From positions 27,025 to 91,024 of the forward strand of contig JAHLWZ010000508.1 of NCBI GenBank assembly GCA_020536535.1: a stretch of 64,000 nt of DNA, in the 5' to 3' direction. Below, in pieces: positions 12,401-23,410 of this stretch (positions within the stretch are counted from its first letter, which is position 1; every line of letters begins with the position of its first letter). Source of the DNA: Pelomyxa schiedti. Lineage: Eukaryota > Protista > Evosea. The notes beneath the pieces were generated by a model. The model did not search any database, was not told the DNA's origin, and was given only the letters and a program-made list of their open reading frames with translations. The translations under genes were made by a program, and so were the position numbers.

Positions 12401-14936
12401 TTTGGCTTCCTTGGGGCTTAACTTTGGTGAGGCCACTTCTGATGTTACAACAAGGGCTTCCTGAGAGGTTTTAGGGTTACCAACATAAATAGGCTAGGCC
12501 ACTAACCATTTCATTTTCATCTATCGAGAAAGCAGCTGAACAGCCAGGTCTTATTGCTGGGCTACTTTGTTCTGCTGAAAGCTCAATATCTTGAGGGTAT
12601 ATCTAGAAACAAACTTTGAGGGTTATGAGTCCGCAGGAAGTACTTGGTACATTTCGGCCATTAATGATAATCAAATCTTTAATTCTGCCTGTAATGAACA
12701 GTTCTCCACGCCGGATAAAACCAGCATCACCAGTACGCAAAAATTTATCAGTGCCTTCACTTAAAGTTGCATAGAACACTTCTTTGGAAAGGTCGGGCCT
12801 ATTCCAGTAGCCAATACTTACACACTTGCTGCTTACCCATATCTCTCCAACCTCCCCTTCTGGCTTTTCAGTCCGGGCTTGTGGGTCTACAATTAGCAAT
12901 TTCACAGGGCACCACCCATGTCCAACAATGGTGTGTGCTGAGGGAGAGGTCCTTTCATCTACTTCAACGGCAACACCAGATTCCAGCTTTTTGGCATCAA
13001 CGTAAAGGATGGTAGGGTGTTTATCCTTGTTGGCAATACCCTTTCCACAAAGGTACACCATGTCTAGAATGGAAATCAATTTTGGAGATTAAGAGAATAA
13101 AGTAAAGTATTACTCACGCTCAGCAAGGCCATAATGTGGGTACCACATCTCGAATTTAAATCCGCAGGAGGAAAATCTGTCATGAAACTTTACCAGAGTG
13201 GGGAATCTGACAGGTTCAGCTCCATTTATCGCAAAGACGAGGGATGATAAATCAAAGAGCTTTATCTCCGCATCAGTGCATTTCTTAGCACATACTTCAT
13301 AGGCAAAATTAGGGGCCGCTGTGTGCGTGGCTCTGTATGCAGTGCAAACTGCAGGCCACAGCTGAGGCTCCCCAATAAATTTTACAGGTGAGAACATAAC
13401 ACATGCTGACGGGACAAAGGCAGCATGGAAAACACCTGCAATAAGTCCCATATCATGGAAAACTGGAACCCAAGCAACCATAACACTTGAAGGTGCTGTT
13501 CCACTGTGTTTTGACATCACACGTAGGTTGTGCAGGAGAGTCTGGTGTGTGAGGATAACTCCTTTTGGTTGTGATGTGGATCCTGAAGTATATTGCAAGG
13601 CAATCATATCTGTTGGTTCCGGCCAGTAGGGAGGCTGAAATTTGATGGTAGGGGATTTTGATGAAGTTATGGTGGAGGAAGTGCGTGGTGCTGGTGGAGA
13701 CACCCATTTGATTCCTCCTCGTGACCACAAACCACCAAACACACTGCTGCCTATCCCCCCAAACACACTCTTTAGTGTGTAGTATCGTAGCATAGATTGC
13801 GGCATAAATCCCACTTTTGCCCCACAGTCTCTGGCTATAGCGCCAATATGGTCAAATCCCTTTTTCAGTTGGGCTGGAGATGGAGGAGGCACAGGAACAG
13901 CAATAACGCCAGCCAAGACACAACCAAATAAGGCGCTGACAAAATCAAGTCCTGTTACATATGCCAGAAGAACTCTTTCCCCCTATCACCGGTAAGAGCA
14001 CAAGAAATTTCATCTTTTTTTGACACCTTGGCCAACTGAAGGTCATGCAGAATGAAGTCTGAGACGGAAGCAGCATTTTTGTAGAGCATGCTATAGGTAA
14101 TGGATTCCTCAGTTCCGTTATCGTTTAAAAAAACGTAGATTGTGAGGTCTGGGAAGTATTGCAAGTTGTGCTGGAACGCTTCAGTTATAGTCTTGGCCTC
14201 TATATCGAGAAGTGAAATCATGATTAGTACGGCAGATAGATACCTAAGCACAACGGGATGTCATTATTGTAGTAGTACGAGTTGGCACTCTGAAGATTAA
14301 GAAAGGGTTTCCTGGCTATGACTTTGGCCACAGAAGGGTTAACAGTCAATCCAACACCACTTGAAGAAGTAGTCCCTACAAACGCATGAACCGTTTAAAA
14401 AAGAAAAGAGGAGTGTTTTTCCAAGTTCGTTGCAAGCTAAAAAAAAAAAAAAAAAACCCAACAAATGGGGTCAGCTCCCCATAATGGCATCTCATACCCT
14501 TTCTTCTCTTTCTCCTAACGAACGCGCCCCTGGCCAGGGCCACGCCGGCAACAGCGAAAGTGACAAGAACAGACACAGCCGCGGCGGCCAACGCGCTGCC
14601 GCCGCAGCCCCCGCCACGCGACCACCACCAACCAACCACCACGACGACTGCTGCGCCGCAAACAACACTGCCACGCGACGGCGGAGAGGCACCACCACTC
14701 GCACTACGAGGAGGAAGTGGCGATGGTAGTGGCGGCGGAGATGTAGTTTGTTGCTGTTGTTGTTGATGAGGATGAGTTGGGCTGGCGGGGTCGTCGGCGG
14801 CGGTGCGGGGGTGGTTGGTAGTTGTTGGGGTAGTGGTTGTGGTGGAACTTGTGGGAGAATCATAAGGGGCGGTGGATCTGGTCGTCGGTGGCGACGGGGA
14901 GGTAGGTGACGACGACATCGCGTGCGGCTCGTGCAT
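1..14936 (-). CDS. Giant modular type I polyketide synthase with FAAL loading module and N-terminal TM anchor (3' end runs off the window): TM-FAAL-ACP0-KS1-AT1-DH1-KR1-ACP1-KS2-AT2-DH2-ER2-KR2-...
   Basis: Hand-spliced exons (minus strand): 14936-14498, 14375-14244, 14199-14027, 13982-13118, 13063-12651, 12602-12507, 12460-12378, 12332-6179, 6137-5918, 5873-5492, 5445-1003, 959-<1. All 11 introns are GT-AG and the frame is kept throughout (14359 nt, >=4786 aa). Motifs: FAAL LQYTSGSTSQPKGV, WVPVFHDMGLI, PNFAY, GRNIYPQDIE; KS DTACSSS/HGTGT/KTNIGHLE twice; AT GHSTGE and YAYHSHHM twice; DH HxxxxxxxxP with HPAxLD twice; ER LIHAGAGGVG; KR GxxGxxG and NYAxAN twice; ACP GLTS and NFDS. The final exon (1-959, KR2: ITGASGGIG...GQTNYAAAN) is missing from the ORF track. 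Confidence 0.95.
6520..11840 (-). other. PKS extension module 1: KS (~11840-10540), AT (~10240-9270), DH (~9090-8230), KR (~7540-6950), ACP (~6750-6520); no ER
   Basis: Read directly from ORF 6167..12292: IAIVGIGCRFPG, DTACSSS, GHSTGE, HHAFQDMTLVPG, HPAILD, VTGAFGALG, HAAGVVND, NYASAN, FDS. No ER motif lies between DH and KR. Confidence 0.9.
12200..14199 (-). other. Fatty acyl-AMP ligase (FAAL) loading domain of the PKS, followed by ACP0 (~11890-12110, Ser codon 12002-12004)
   Basis: FAAL-type adenylation motifs (LQYTSGST..PKGV, WxPxFHDMGL, NGAEPV, YGLAE, GEIWV, LRTGD, GRxKDLII.NGRN.YPQDIE, TTSGKIQR) are spread over five ~44-54 nt introns and are in frame with an ACP (FGLTS). Confidence 0.9.
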
Positions 14937-15195
14937 CGCCTCGCGATCTATTTTTTTTTTCTTCTTCTTAGTTTGTTGTTCTCTGGTTTTGCTTTTTCGG
15001 TTCCTTCGACAGTTTGTTCAAAAAAGAAAAATAGTTTTGATGCGACAGTCTTCTGCTGTGTGTATGTATGAGGACTTGAAAAAGAACCTCAGGTGCCCTG
15101 CAACCAAAACGTGGCATTTTCCAGTCAGCATTTTTTCCAATCAGCAACCGAAATCGTCGATTCATCGGAATTTGAAACAATCAAAAGGAGGAGGG

Positions 15196-16426
15196 ATGAG
15201 CGCTACTGGGGCAGTGGACGTAAGCGTCAGCGGATCTGCGTCTGGATCTGGGGGTACCATCGTGGTGTGTGACGTGGACGGCACTTTGACCAAGCCCCGC
15301 AATGTATGTGTCCGCCAATTGGGTTTCCCCCGTTCGAGCGAGATTGGGGAGAGTCTGAATGTGCGTTTGACCCCATTATGCGAAAAAAAACAGGTCGCCA
15401 CTCCCGAAATGACTGCTTTTTTGGCGCAAGTGAGGACCCACGCAAAGGTGGCCATTGTGGGTGGATCCGATTTCACCAAAATACAGGAGCAAATGGGGAA
15501 AGACAGTAAGTACCACTAATTTATCTTGTTAATCTCGGTATATATAATGTATTGAACAGTTTTGAACCGCGTGGATTACTTATTTTCTGAGAATGGTCTC
15601 ATGGCTTACAAAAACAGCGAACTTATAGCTCAACAAGTAACGAAGTTACCATCTTTATTGCATCCCAAAACCATGACTAGAGCATCAAGAATTTCTTGGG
15701 AGAGGACAAATTGAAGCAGTTTATCAATTTCTCCCTCCACTACATCGCCGACTTAGACATCCCCATAAAAAGGTCACTTTCATGTTTTAACATCCTCTCC
15801 CTACACCTCCTAATATTAATTCCAGAGGAACATTCATAGAATTCCGGAACGGAATGCTCAATGTATCACCCATTGGTCGCAACTGCACACAACAAGAAAG
15901 AGACGACTTCTTTGCATATGATAAGGTAACTCCAAACACAAAAAACAAATCCTCAAAATCACCGGCACCATCCTCACAAAAGTGACAGATTCACCACGTA
16001 CGCGAGAAAATGGTGCAAGAGTGCAGAACTCGCTTTGGATCCTTTGGGCTTCAGTTTTCCATCGGCGGGCAGATTAGCTTTGACGTATTCCCTACTGGCT
16101 GGGACAAGACGTACTGCCTTCAATTCCTTGAGGGAAAATATGACAGGATTCTGTTCTTTGGAGACCGGACAGAACCGGTATCACATACACAAGCACTTGC
16201 AAATATCTATGATAGCTGTTAGTAACATTCCCAATCAACACTCACCAAAAAACAAACAAACACAGGGCGGCAATGATCATGAAATCGCTGTATCACCCAA
16301 AGTGTGTATTACCACCCGCTTTAACAACCAATCCATAACACATACACACAGGTGCACCAGTCATTCACAGTCACTGGGCCAGATCACACCATCACCATAA
16401 TGAAGGAACTCTTTCACCTTGCTTGA
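15196..16426 (+). CDS. PMM: Phosphomannomutase (eukaryotic HAD-family PMM/SEC53), 8 exons
   Basis: DVDGTLT (HAD motif I), [70 protein letters not shown]; seven short GT-AG introns. Confidence 0.95.
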
Positions 16427-16788
16427 GCTTGGCAATCGGGGCCAAACAAGAACACACCTGTACCAACATTAAACACATGAAAAAAAGAAAACAAATGTGA
16501 GGAGGTGAATGTGCACGACCCACATGAAAACCTCTCCCACAACAACCCTTCTTATCTTGTTGCGAATTTTATGACAATGTTCTGGCCATAGTGTGAGTTC
16601 TTGGGCACAAATTGCCCAAGAGCATGGCACTATCGAAGTCAAACATTGCCCGCTTCTGAGCCAGTTTCGAATGAAGGAAATGATTTCTTCTACGGTTCCG
16701 GCTTATAAGCTTCAGAAGCAGGGGTTTACAGCCATACCCGTTATCATTTCTGGTTGGGAAAAGCAAAAAAAAAGCGCAGGGGGGAGTG

Positions 16789-19185
16789 ATGAGCACGGCG
16801 ACACCAACAACAACAACGGGGAGGGACGCGGGTGGGGGCGGGGGTGGTGAGGGGCACGAGCCCCCCCACCCAGAGGAGCACGACGTGGTGGTGCCAAACA
16901 CGACGACGACGACGACTACCGGCGGTGGTGGTGGTGGTGGTGCAAACAACTGTTGTTGTTGTTGTACAACAAGCAGTGCAAGTGGTAGTGGTGGTAGCGG
17001 TAGCAGCAGCAGTAGTTGTGGAAGTGGATGGGAGCGTCGGGTCGAGAGGGACAACGAGGCGTACGGCGTGTGGGAGAAAATGGGGTCGCCGGGGGCGGTG
17101 CTCGCTCCCATGGTATGTCACACCCCTCCCTTGGTTTTCGATTCAACAATAATATATATATACAATGGGATAGTGGCGCGGCGGGATGGGATTGGCTGGG
17201 ATTGGCTCATAAACGCACAGGTAGAGGGGAGTGTGCTGCCGCTCAGGATGCTGTGCAGGAAGTACGGTGTCACCCTGGCTTACACCCCAATGATTCACAG
17301 GTTGGTCTGCCTGTCATTCGATTTTACCATATTCATGTAACAAATTCCGCTTGTTGTTGTTGCAGCCTGAATTTCTTGAAAGACCTGACATACCGCAGCA
17401 AGGTATTTGCTACTTGTCCTGGCGATACTCCACTGGTGGCTCAGGTGCGGAGTTTGGCATTCCTTAATCTTCTACTCTGACTTGCAAAGTACAGTTTTGC
17501 GGAAATGATCCAAACATTATGGCGTCTGCTGCTTCCCTTCTGATCAGTGGCGTTGGTGTTACTGGCAATCGGGGCAGCACCCCCGGAATTGTTGAGGCCG
17601 TGGATATAAACATTGGATGTCCTCAAAAAATTGCCAAGCGGGGTGGATATGGAGCATTTATCATGCACCAGCCAGACCTCGTGCGTGAAATAGGTTTAAA
17701 AAGAAGTTCTCACACAACAAAGAAACTAACGTAACACAGTTGAGACAATGTCTAAAAGGCTGAAAGTACCAGTATTTTGCAAAATGAGGCTCTTCCCAAC
17801 ACTTGAGGAGTCAATCAATTTTGCCAAAATGCTGGAGGCTGCCGGGTGCAAGGTAAAGTCCATATCATTGCTGTCTTCAGCTAACTTACTGAATCGCTTC
17901 AGTTACTTGCAGTTCATGGCAGACAGAAGAGCGACCTCAGGCCAGATACACCTCCTGACTGGCCGGCCATTGGAAAAATTGTGTATGATAACCTCCTTTC
18001 CCTGGGTTTCATTCTCATGTTCCACAGAGAGCAAATGAAAATTCCCGTCATTGCTAACGGAGGAGTAAAAACACTTGAAGATGCAATTACCTGCAAGCAA
18101 GTAACCAAGGCTGATGGTGTTATGGTCGGATGTATGCCTCTTGTATCTTTATATTCGGTTCCAGTCCAATTCAATATATTTAGTAGGACTCTTACGCAAT
18201 CCTGCACTTTTCAGCCCAGTGCCTGTGCCAGATTATGTTGTGGCCAGAGACTTTGTGTCATTGTGCAGACAGCTCTCTGTTCCAGCATACACAGTGCGAG
18301 GATTGCTTATTAAGATGTGTCTCACCAAGTAGACTCCCATTCACCTCCTGGGTCTTCCACTAACATTAAAACAGTTTGGGCAAATTTACTCACTTGCGAG
18401 ATGAGCTCCCTCAAATTGATATCTGGGAGCAGGCAGATGAAATTCTAAACCAGCTGGAGAAATGTGAAAAGGTAATGCCATTCTCCAGGTTGACATTATT
18501 CACTAAGTGATTAATTATCCAGGGTGAGGCTACAACACCCAGCAAAGAATGTGTTGTTCAACAACAAACCGAGGCTGGTTCTTCATCCCCGAAATCAATT
18601 TCCATCATGATAACAAGAACACCCACCATTCCAATCACCCACAGGTCATCAACAACCACTGGTTCATCAACTACTCCAACAGACATAAACACTACCACCA
18701 CAACAACCTCATCACCACCCACAGAAGCACTCCCAACAACATTGCACATCAAGAAAGGGGTGATTACCAAGCACACAAGAAACAACAACAGTGGCCCAGT
18801 GAGGACAGGAGTTCCATGGAGGGTCCTCAAGGTTAGGGCGCAACAGCCACCCCTTTCAGCAGACAACAGTGGCAAGAGGAAGAAGGATTCCACAGAGAGG
18901 AAGTGGCTTCAGGTGTTTGGGGTTGGTGTTGGGTCCCTCACAAACACACCAAGGCACATACTGGAGCAACTTGCACAGGACATTGGTTCACAGAAACAGG
19001 TGGACCAGCTGTCCAGTGTGTTCTTTGATGTAAGGGAGGATGATGTGTTCAATGCACTGTGTGAGTCGCAGCAGCTGGAACTACATGATGATACTAGTGA
19101 GGACATCACTGAAGTGTTGCACACTACATCAATCACAGCACCAACAACCCCAGCACCCACAATCCCAGGCTCCAACAATGTTTAA
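16789..19185 (+). CDS. DUS1: tRNA-dihydrouridine synthase (DUS1-like), multi-exon, with low-complexity N- and C-termini
   Basis: LAPM|V, YTPMIH, PLVAQ|FCGND, DINIGCPQKIAKRGGYGAF (catalytic Cys), PVFCKMR, VHGR, IPVIANGG, ADGVM, GLLRNPALF. The C-terminal exon boundaries are less certain. Confidence 0.88.
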
Positions 19186-19637
19186 ACAAAATAACAACAC
19201 TGTGAGGGGAAGTGCCTTCGTCGTGCCTGCCGACTCGGAAAGACAGCAAGTGCCAAGACGCACTAAGAATGGTAATGGGTGGGAAAAAATAATCAACAGA
19301 CCTGAACGCTGTTGAATTCGTTATCGTCGCGCAGGTGGTATGATGGGTTTTTTATTACACCAAGATATAACTAAGTTCAGATCCAGGCATGTGCGCATGA
19401 GGGACGGGGAGTTGATACTCACAGGATGTGATTGCTTCCCCACCATAGTTATTTCAAGATTGCACAAAGGAGTTGGTCCTGGTATCACATCACACACAAC
19501 CAAGCTTAGAACATAAAACCTAGGGTACGATCCTGTGGTTGTGGTGCGATGTGTAGTGGTAACCACCCAAAAATTTGTGAACGAAGTGAACCATTTTTGG
19601 GTGGGTAGAAACACATTCTTAGCCAAGGTTCCTATTG

Positions 19638-19696
19638 ATGATGTGGTTTTGCAGGTAGGAGGAGAGTATTCATGATGTGGTTTTGCAGGTAGGAGG
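19638..19696. repeat. 25-nt direct repeat (atgatgtggttttgcaggtaggagg) x2, 34-nt period
   Basis: Identical copies at 19638-19662 and 19672-19696. Confidence 0.85.
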
Positions 19697-19935
19697 GGAA
19701 AAAAAAAATTGGTTGTTTTATGTCTTACTTGCGACTTTTCATGATGCCCCGTCGTTTTGTGTATTCGGCACGTTACGGGCTCCCGATTGGCGGCACCACT
19801 GCCGGAAACACGACAACCCACTGGTTTTTTTTACTTGTGTTTTTCCCGCTCTTTTTTTTTTAAAAGAAAAAAATACCAGATTCAGTTGCATACCAGATAT
19901 GCAGTTGGGTTGGATAGAAACAGCTTGGTTCGATT

Positions 19936-22025
19936 CTAAAACATGGTTCTAGTAGAACGAGGCACCCCTCCTGTTGGACGACAGGGGAACCACGAAAGAC
20001 TGGGCCAGGTCCGGTGCGGCATTACTATCGGCTGCTACCGGGTTGTCCGTCAACATGGCTGATTGTTGTGTCTTGTCGGTAAAGTCCGGCTTGGGCTGTA
20101 TGTATGTATTGTTGTAAGAACACATGGGAGTACTGTGGGTGGCGTGTGGGTAGACGTTACCGGTTTGCTGGGTCTTCTCTGCAGATTCGCGGGAATGGCT
20201 ATGGGAAGTGAGGAACCATAAACATGCTCTGGGACTTGATTTTGCCCCTGCCGACGGGCCATTTCTTTGGCTCTTCTGGCCTTCTCAACTGCCTAAAAAA
20301 CACAGTAAGTGCTGAGGTCTAAGGAAAAGTTGCGCACTGGGTCTGGCGGTGGTAGAGTGGCCGCTAAAGCCCGTCTAGCTTCTTCTCTTTTCCGCAAATC
20401 TTCATCCAACTCAAAGACACTGTTGGTCTCTGGTGAATGTAAGCAACATGATGCGGTTCCGTTAAATTAATTGTTTATACCTGATGGTGATGCGGCGGAA
20501 GTATCAGCGGCTATGCGATGTTGTGCAGGAGGAGAGGTTAAAGGCGGCGATGTTGTTGATGTGGGGACAACTGGAGTGGCTACTGCTGACTTTGGATGTG
20601 TTAGAATGAAGGTATACAAAGGGGTTGAGAATCAACTTGTAATGCATGTTTGGAAAGTGTTTCAAGTTGGCTAATAAGACTTTGCATGTCTTTGTCTGCA
20701 ACCATTTTTGTTCTCTCCAATAACTCAAGTTGATCGCGTTTATAAGCCCTGTTGTAACAGTACATTAAATCAAGAAGTTATTAGGTCATCGAGACCTTAT
20801 TTTCTGCTTCACTATAGCTCTTTCTTCTTCAATGTAGTCCTCAAGGCGTTTGTTCAATTTTTCATGGAGATCCTTCATTGTCAGTGACGGGGCAATGGGG
20901 TTAAGACTTGTGAATATTGAAGGTTCCTCTAAAGTGTGTCAAAAGTACACCAAAAATTTAGAAGGAATTACGCACTTGGGATGTTAGTGTACCCCGAGAG
21001 GTCGTTTACCAGTAACTTGAATGCATTTGAGAAATGCTTGCCGTCTGGTACAGAGGACTTTCCTTTCTACGAAACGTCAAAGTCAAATTAAACAAAAAAG
21101 ACTTACACACCAACATTGCGGAAGTGTTGACAATCACAAGCGAGTCTGCTTTTGGGATTGAAGAGCGAGGAGTGGGTGGGTGGGGTGATGTTAGCAGCAC
21201 CGGGTGAACAGCTGGCACTTGTGTGGCATATGAACCCCACCCAGCGGAGGAACCACTGATGACCCCTTGGCACACAACACAGTGATGGATTCTCCAACCT
21301 TGCACGACTTTACTGTAAACGAGTGACTCTTGTTGCTGTTTGTTGTTTTTTTTTCATATCTGTTACTTCTTATTATTCTTTGTTTGTTGTCAAGACAGTA
21401 AGCTTGGTTCACATACCGTAGTAGAAGATGCCAGAGCGAAAACGGTAGGCTCTTTCCAGCCAAGGATACTTATCATTTTACTGACATCAGCCACATCCGC
21501 AGTAGCAGTAGCGCTAGCAGTTGCAGCTGACGGTTTAGCCACGTCACCAATCGCCGTTGACGACGTAGAAGCCGGCGCGGCACTCACATTTGGTTGTTGT
21601 GGTTGTGGTTGTGATGGTAGTGGTTGTATTTGTAATGGTGTTGTTGTTGTTGCTGTTGCTGTTGATGAAGATGTGGAGTTGCTGCTGCTACTAGTACTAC
21701 TAGTCGCTGGCCTCACGAAAATTGATACATTTCGGCACGAGCACGTGAACATCACCTTGTCGTCGCTTTGTGTCGACGAAGCAGGCGACGACGACGACGA
21801 GGACGACGTTGCGGGGGGTTGCGTCGCTTCGGCCGCCAACGTGGGCGTCGTCGGGGCCGGCGTCGTCGGCGCCGACGTGAAAGATGGTATCGAGGGCGAA
21901 GGCGGTGGCGGTGGCGGCGGTAGCGCGGCTGTAGTTGTCGGAGGTTGTTGTTGTTGTTGTTGCTGATCGGATCTCGCGTCGCTCGGCCGCCGCGCGCCGC
22001 TGTCGCTGCCAGTGCTCATCATCAA
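19936..22025 (-). CDS. PRAS40/AKT1S1-like protein (Zn-binding CxC...CxxC N-terminal domain, coiled coil, TOS motif, SLPxxIP motif); 3' end approximate
   Basis: Spliced: FTCSCRNVSI ... QQESLVYSKVVQGWRIHHCVVCQ ... LNKRLEDYIEEERAIVKQKI|RAYKRDQLELLE ... SVFELDEDL (TOS-like FELDE, 20401-20415) ... VYGSSLPIAIP (~20190-20220). The motif order matches invertebrate PRAS40/Lobe as recalled; no database search was run. Confidence 0.65.
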
Positions 22026-22173
22026 AGGGGGAAAAAGAAAGGTGTAATCAAGGAATAACGTTCTGTTTTTCGGTACGTTACGCGACGGGTGATGGTTGTG
22101 TTGTGGTTTGTTTGGGGGGAGATCTCAGAGACTGGGGAGACTAGACAGGATTTAGTCTAGTGGTGGTAGCCAC

Positions 22174-23336
22174 TCACAGCTCCTGCTGTTGGTGCTGAGT
22201 TGTTGTGTCTGGTTGTTGTCGTTTGTGTTTGTCTCGTGGTTGGGTATTTGTTGTGTCTTGTTGTTGTTGTGGGGGTGCGAGATCTTTGAGAGCAATTGGA
22301 TGGGATGACCACAGGTAGGGGTTGGTGGGATAGAACGCGGTCATGTCGTCGAATAGAACAAGCGCGGGCTTGTGCAGGGCTATCTGTCTATCCGGGCCCA
22401 GCACCGTTTGGGTGAAAATATGCCGCAGTTGCTCCAGTGCCTTCTTGAATTCATCTGTGGCTCCTTTGGGAAGGTTTTTGTATCTGTAGGCAAGTGTGAT
22501 GTGGAACCGGTATTCTGCTGGAGTTTAGAGAGATATAAGGGACAGATTGGGTCAATTGAAAGACCTGGATAGTAGTCCAGTCCTGCTTCTCTGGCAACTT
22601 GTTTCCTTAGTTTCTGTATGAGAGAATTTTCGAAATCGCGTGGCTCTAGACTTGTAATTATTAGTGGACTGGATATAAGTAAGAGGTAATGTTACCTCAC
22701 CGCAATTATCATGTTGCCGATTGATACATCCTTATATGTCGGAAGTAATTTGATTCTCCACTCACCGAGAGAATCCTGTATTTTTTCGAGGCCAGGTTTC
22801 AAGGTCATTAAATGATCAGCCATCTTTTTTGGGTTCCCACCAGCCGGCGAGTCATATTGAGTCTGCATTGGGAATATCTAGAAATATGTAAGTAAACTAA
22901 CATCCAATGTTAGACGACACACACGGTCATGTGATAGGAACTGATAGGCAGAGGTGTGTAATATGACCTAATGTGGGGGTTGTTTTCAATGAAATCGTAG
23001 ATAGGCTGCCATTTTTCTGGATCCATAATCTATTGAAATGGTCCCAACCGTTGGGCAACTAGTTACTTCCCAGAGTTTGCGTCATCCCACCCTTGTATTT
23101 TAAATATAGCCCACATCACACACTAAAATACATCACATTGGACAACCAACAACAGTGATCCACCTATACAATACATGTGATATGAGAGTTATTCCATAAA
23201 TAGGGACATAGGCCCCTGTGTCGTCCACTTTGTGCCACAAAGTGTCCGCGGAAACTACACCGCCCCATCCCATAATCGCCATCACCGTGGCGGCACCCAC
23301 AATCGCGATGAGCCCAAGTCCGCGGCCCCTCCTCAT
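22174..23336 (-). CDS. Secreted DUF1868-like 2H phosphoesterase
   Basis: Signal-peptide-like start MRRGRGLGLIAIVGAATVMAIMGWGGVVSA; KVDDTGAYVPIYGITLISH (the DUF1868 N-terminal motif); two HxT motifs (PLPISSYHMTV, YRFHITLAYRY); C-terminal LFDDMTAF. Confidence 0.75.
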
Positions 23337-23410
23337 AGTCGCTACCAAAGCAACGAATTGTGTGTATCTACTATGTTTCGAAATAAATTTTTCTGGCTGA
23401 GGTTTTGTGA

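Noticed and set aside
960-13916. Reading the ORFs 960..5465, 5488..5901, 5763..6170, 6167..12292, 12603..13079 and 13110..13916 as a bacterial PKS operon or a pseudogene
   Set aside because: Every break is bounded by GT...AG with 41-54 nt spacing, and removal restores conserved motifs (MDPQ|QR, GRN|IYP, AK|HIGK). This is one spliced eukaryotic gene.
527-14300. Many short plus-strand ORFs opposite the PKS
   Set aside because: They are antisense shadows of the long minus-strand coding exons and have no recognisable motifs.
19321-19821. MGCRVSG N-myristoylation/palmitoylation-like start
   Set aside because: The 'M' is a GTG codon rather than ATG, and the ORF runs through intron-like sequence.
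19880-19945. GGTTCGATTC (tRNA T-loop/B-box-like) near a TGCATA-N5-TATGCA hairpin
   Set aside because: No cloverleaf, no A-box or D-arm and a poor T-stem. It overlaps the probable 3' end of the PRAS40-like gene.
14376-22144. Overlapping poly-Q/T/V/C/G ORFs in several frames at GC-rich or CAA/ACA-repeat segments
   Set aside because: Trinucleotide low-complexity tracts open multiple frames by chance; only one frame links to downstream conserved exons.
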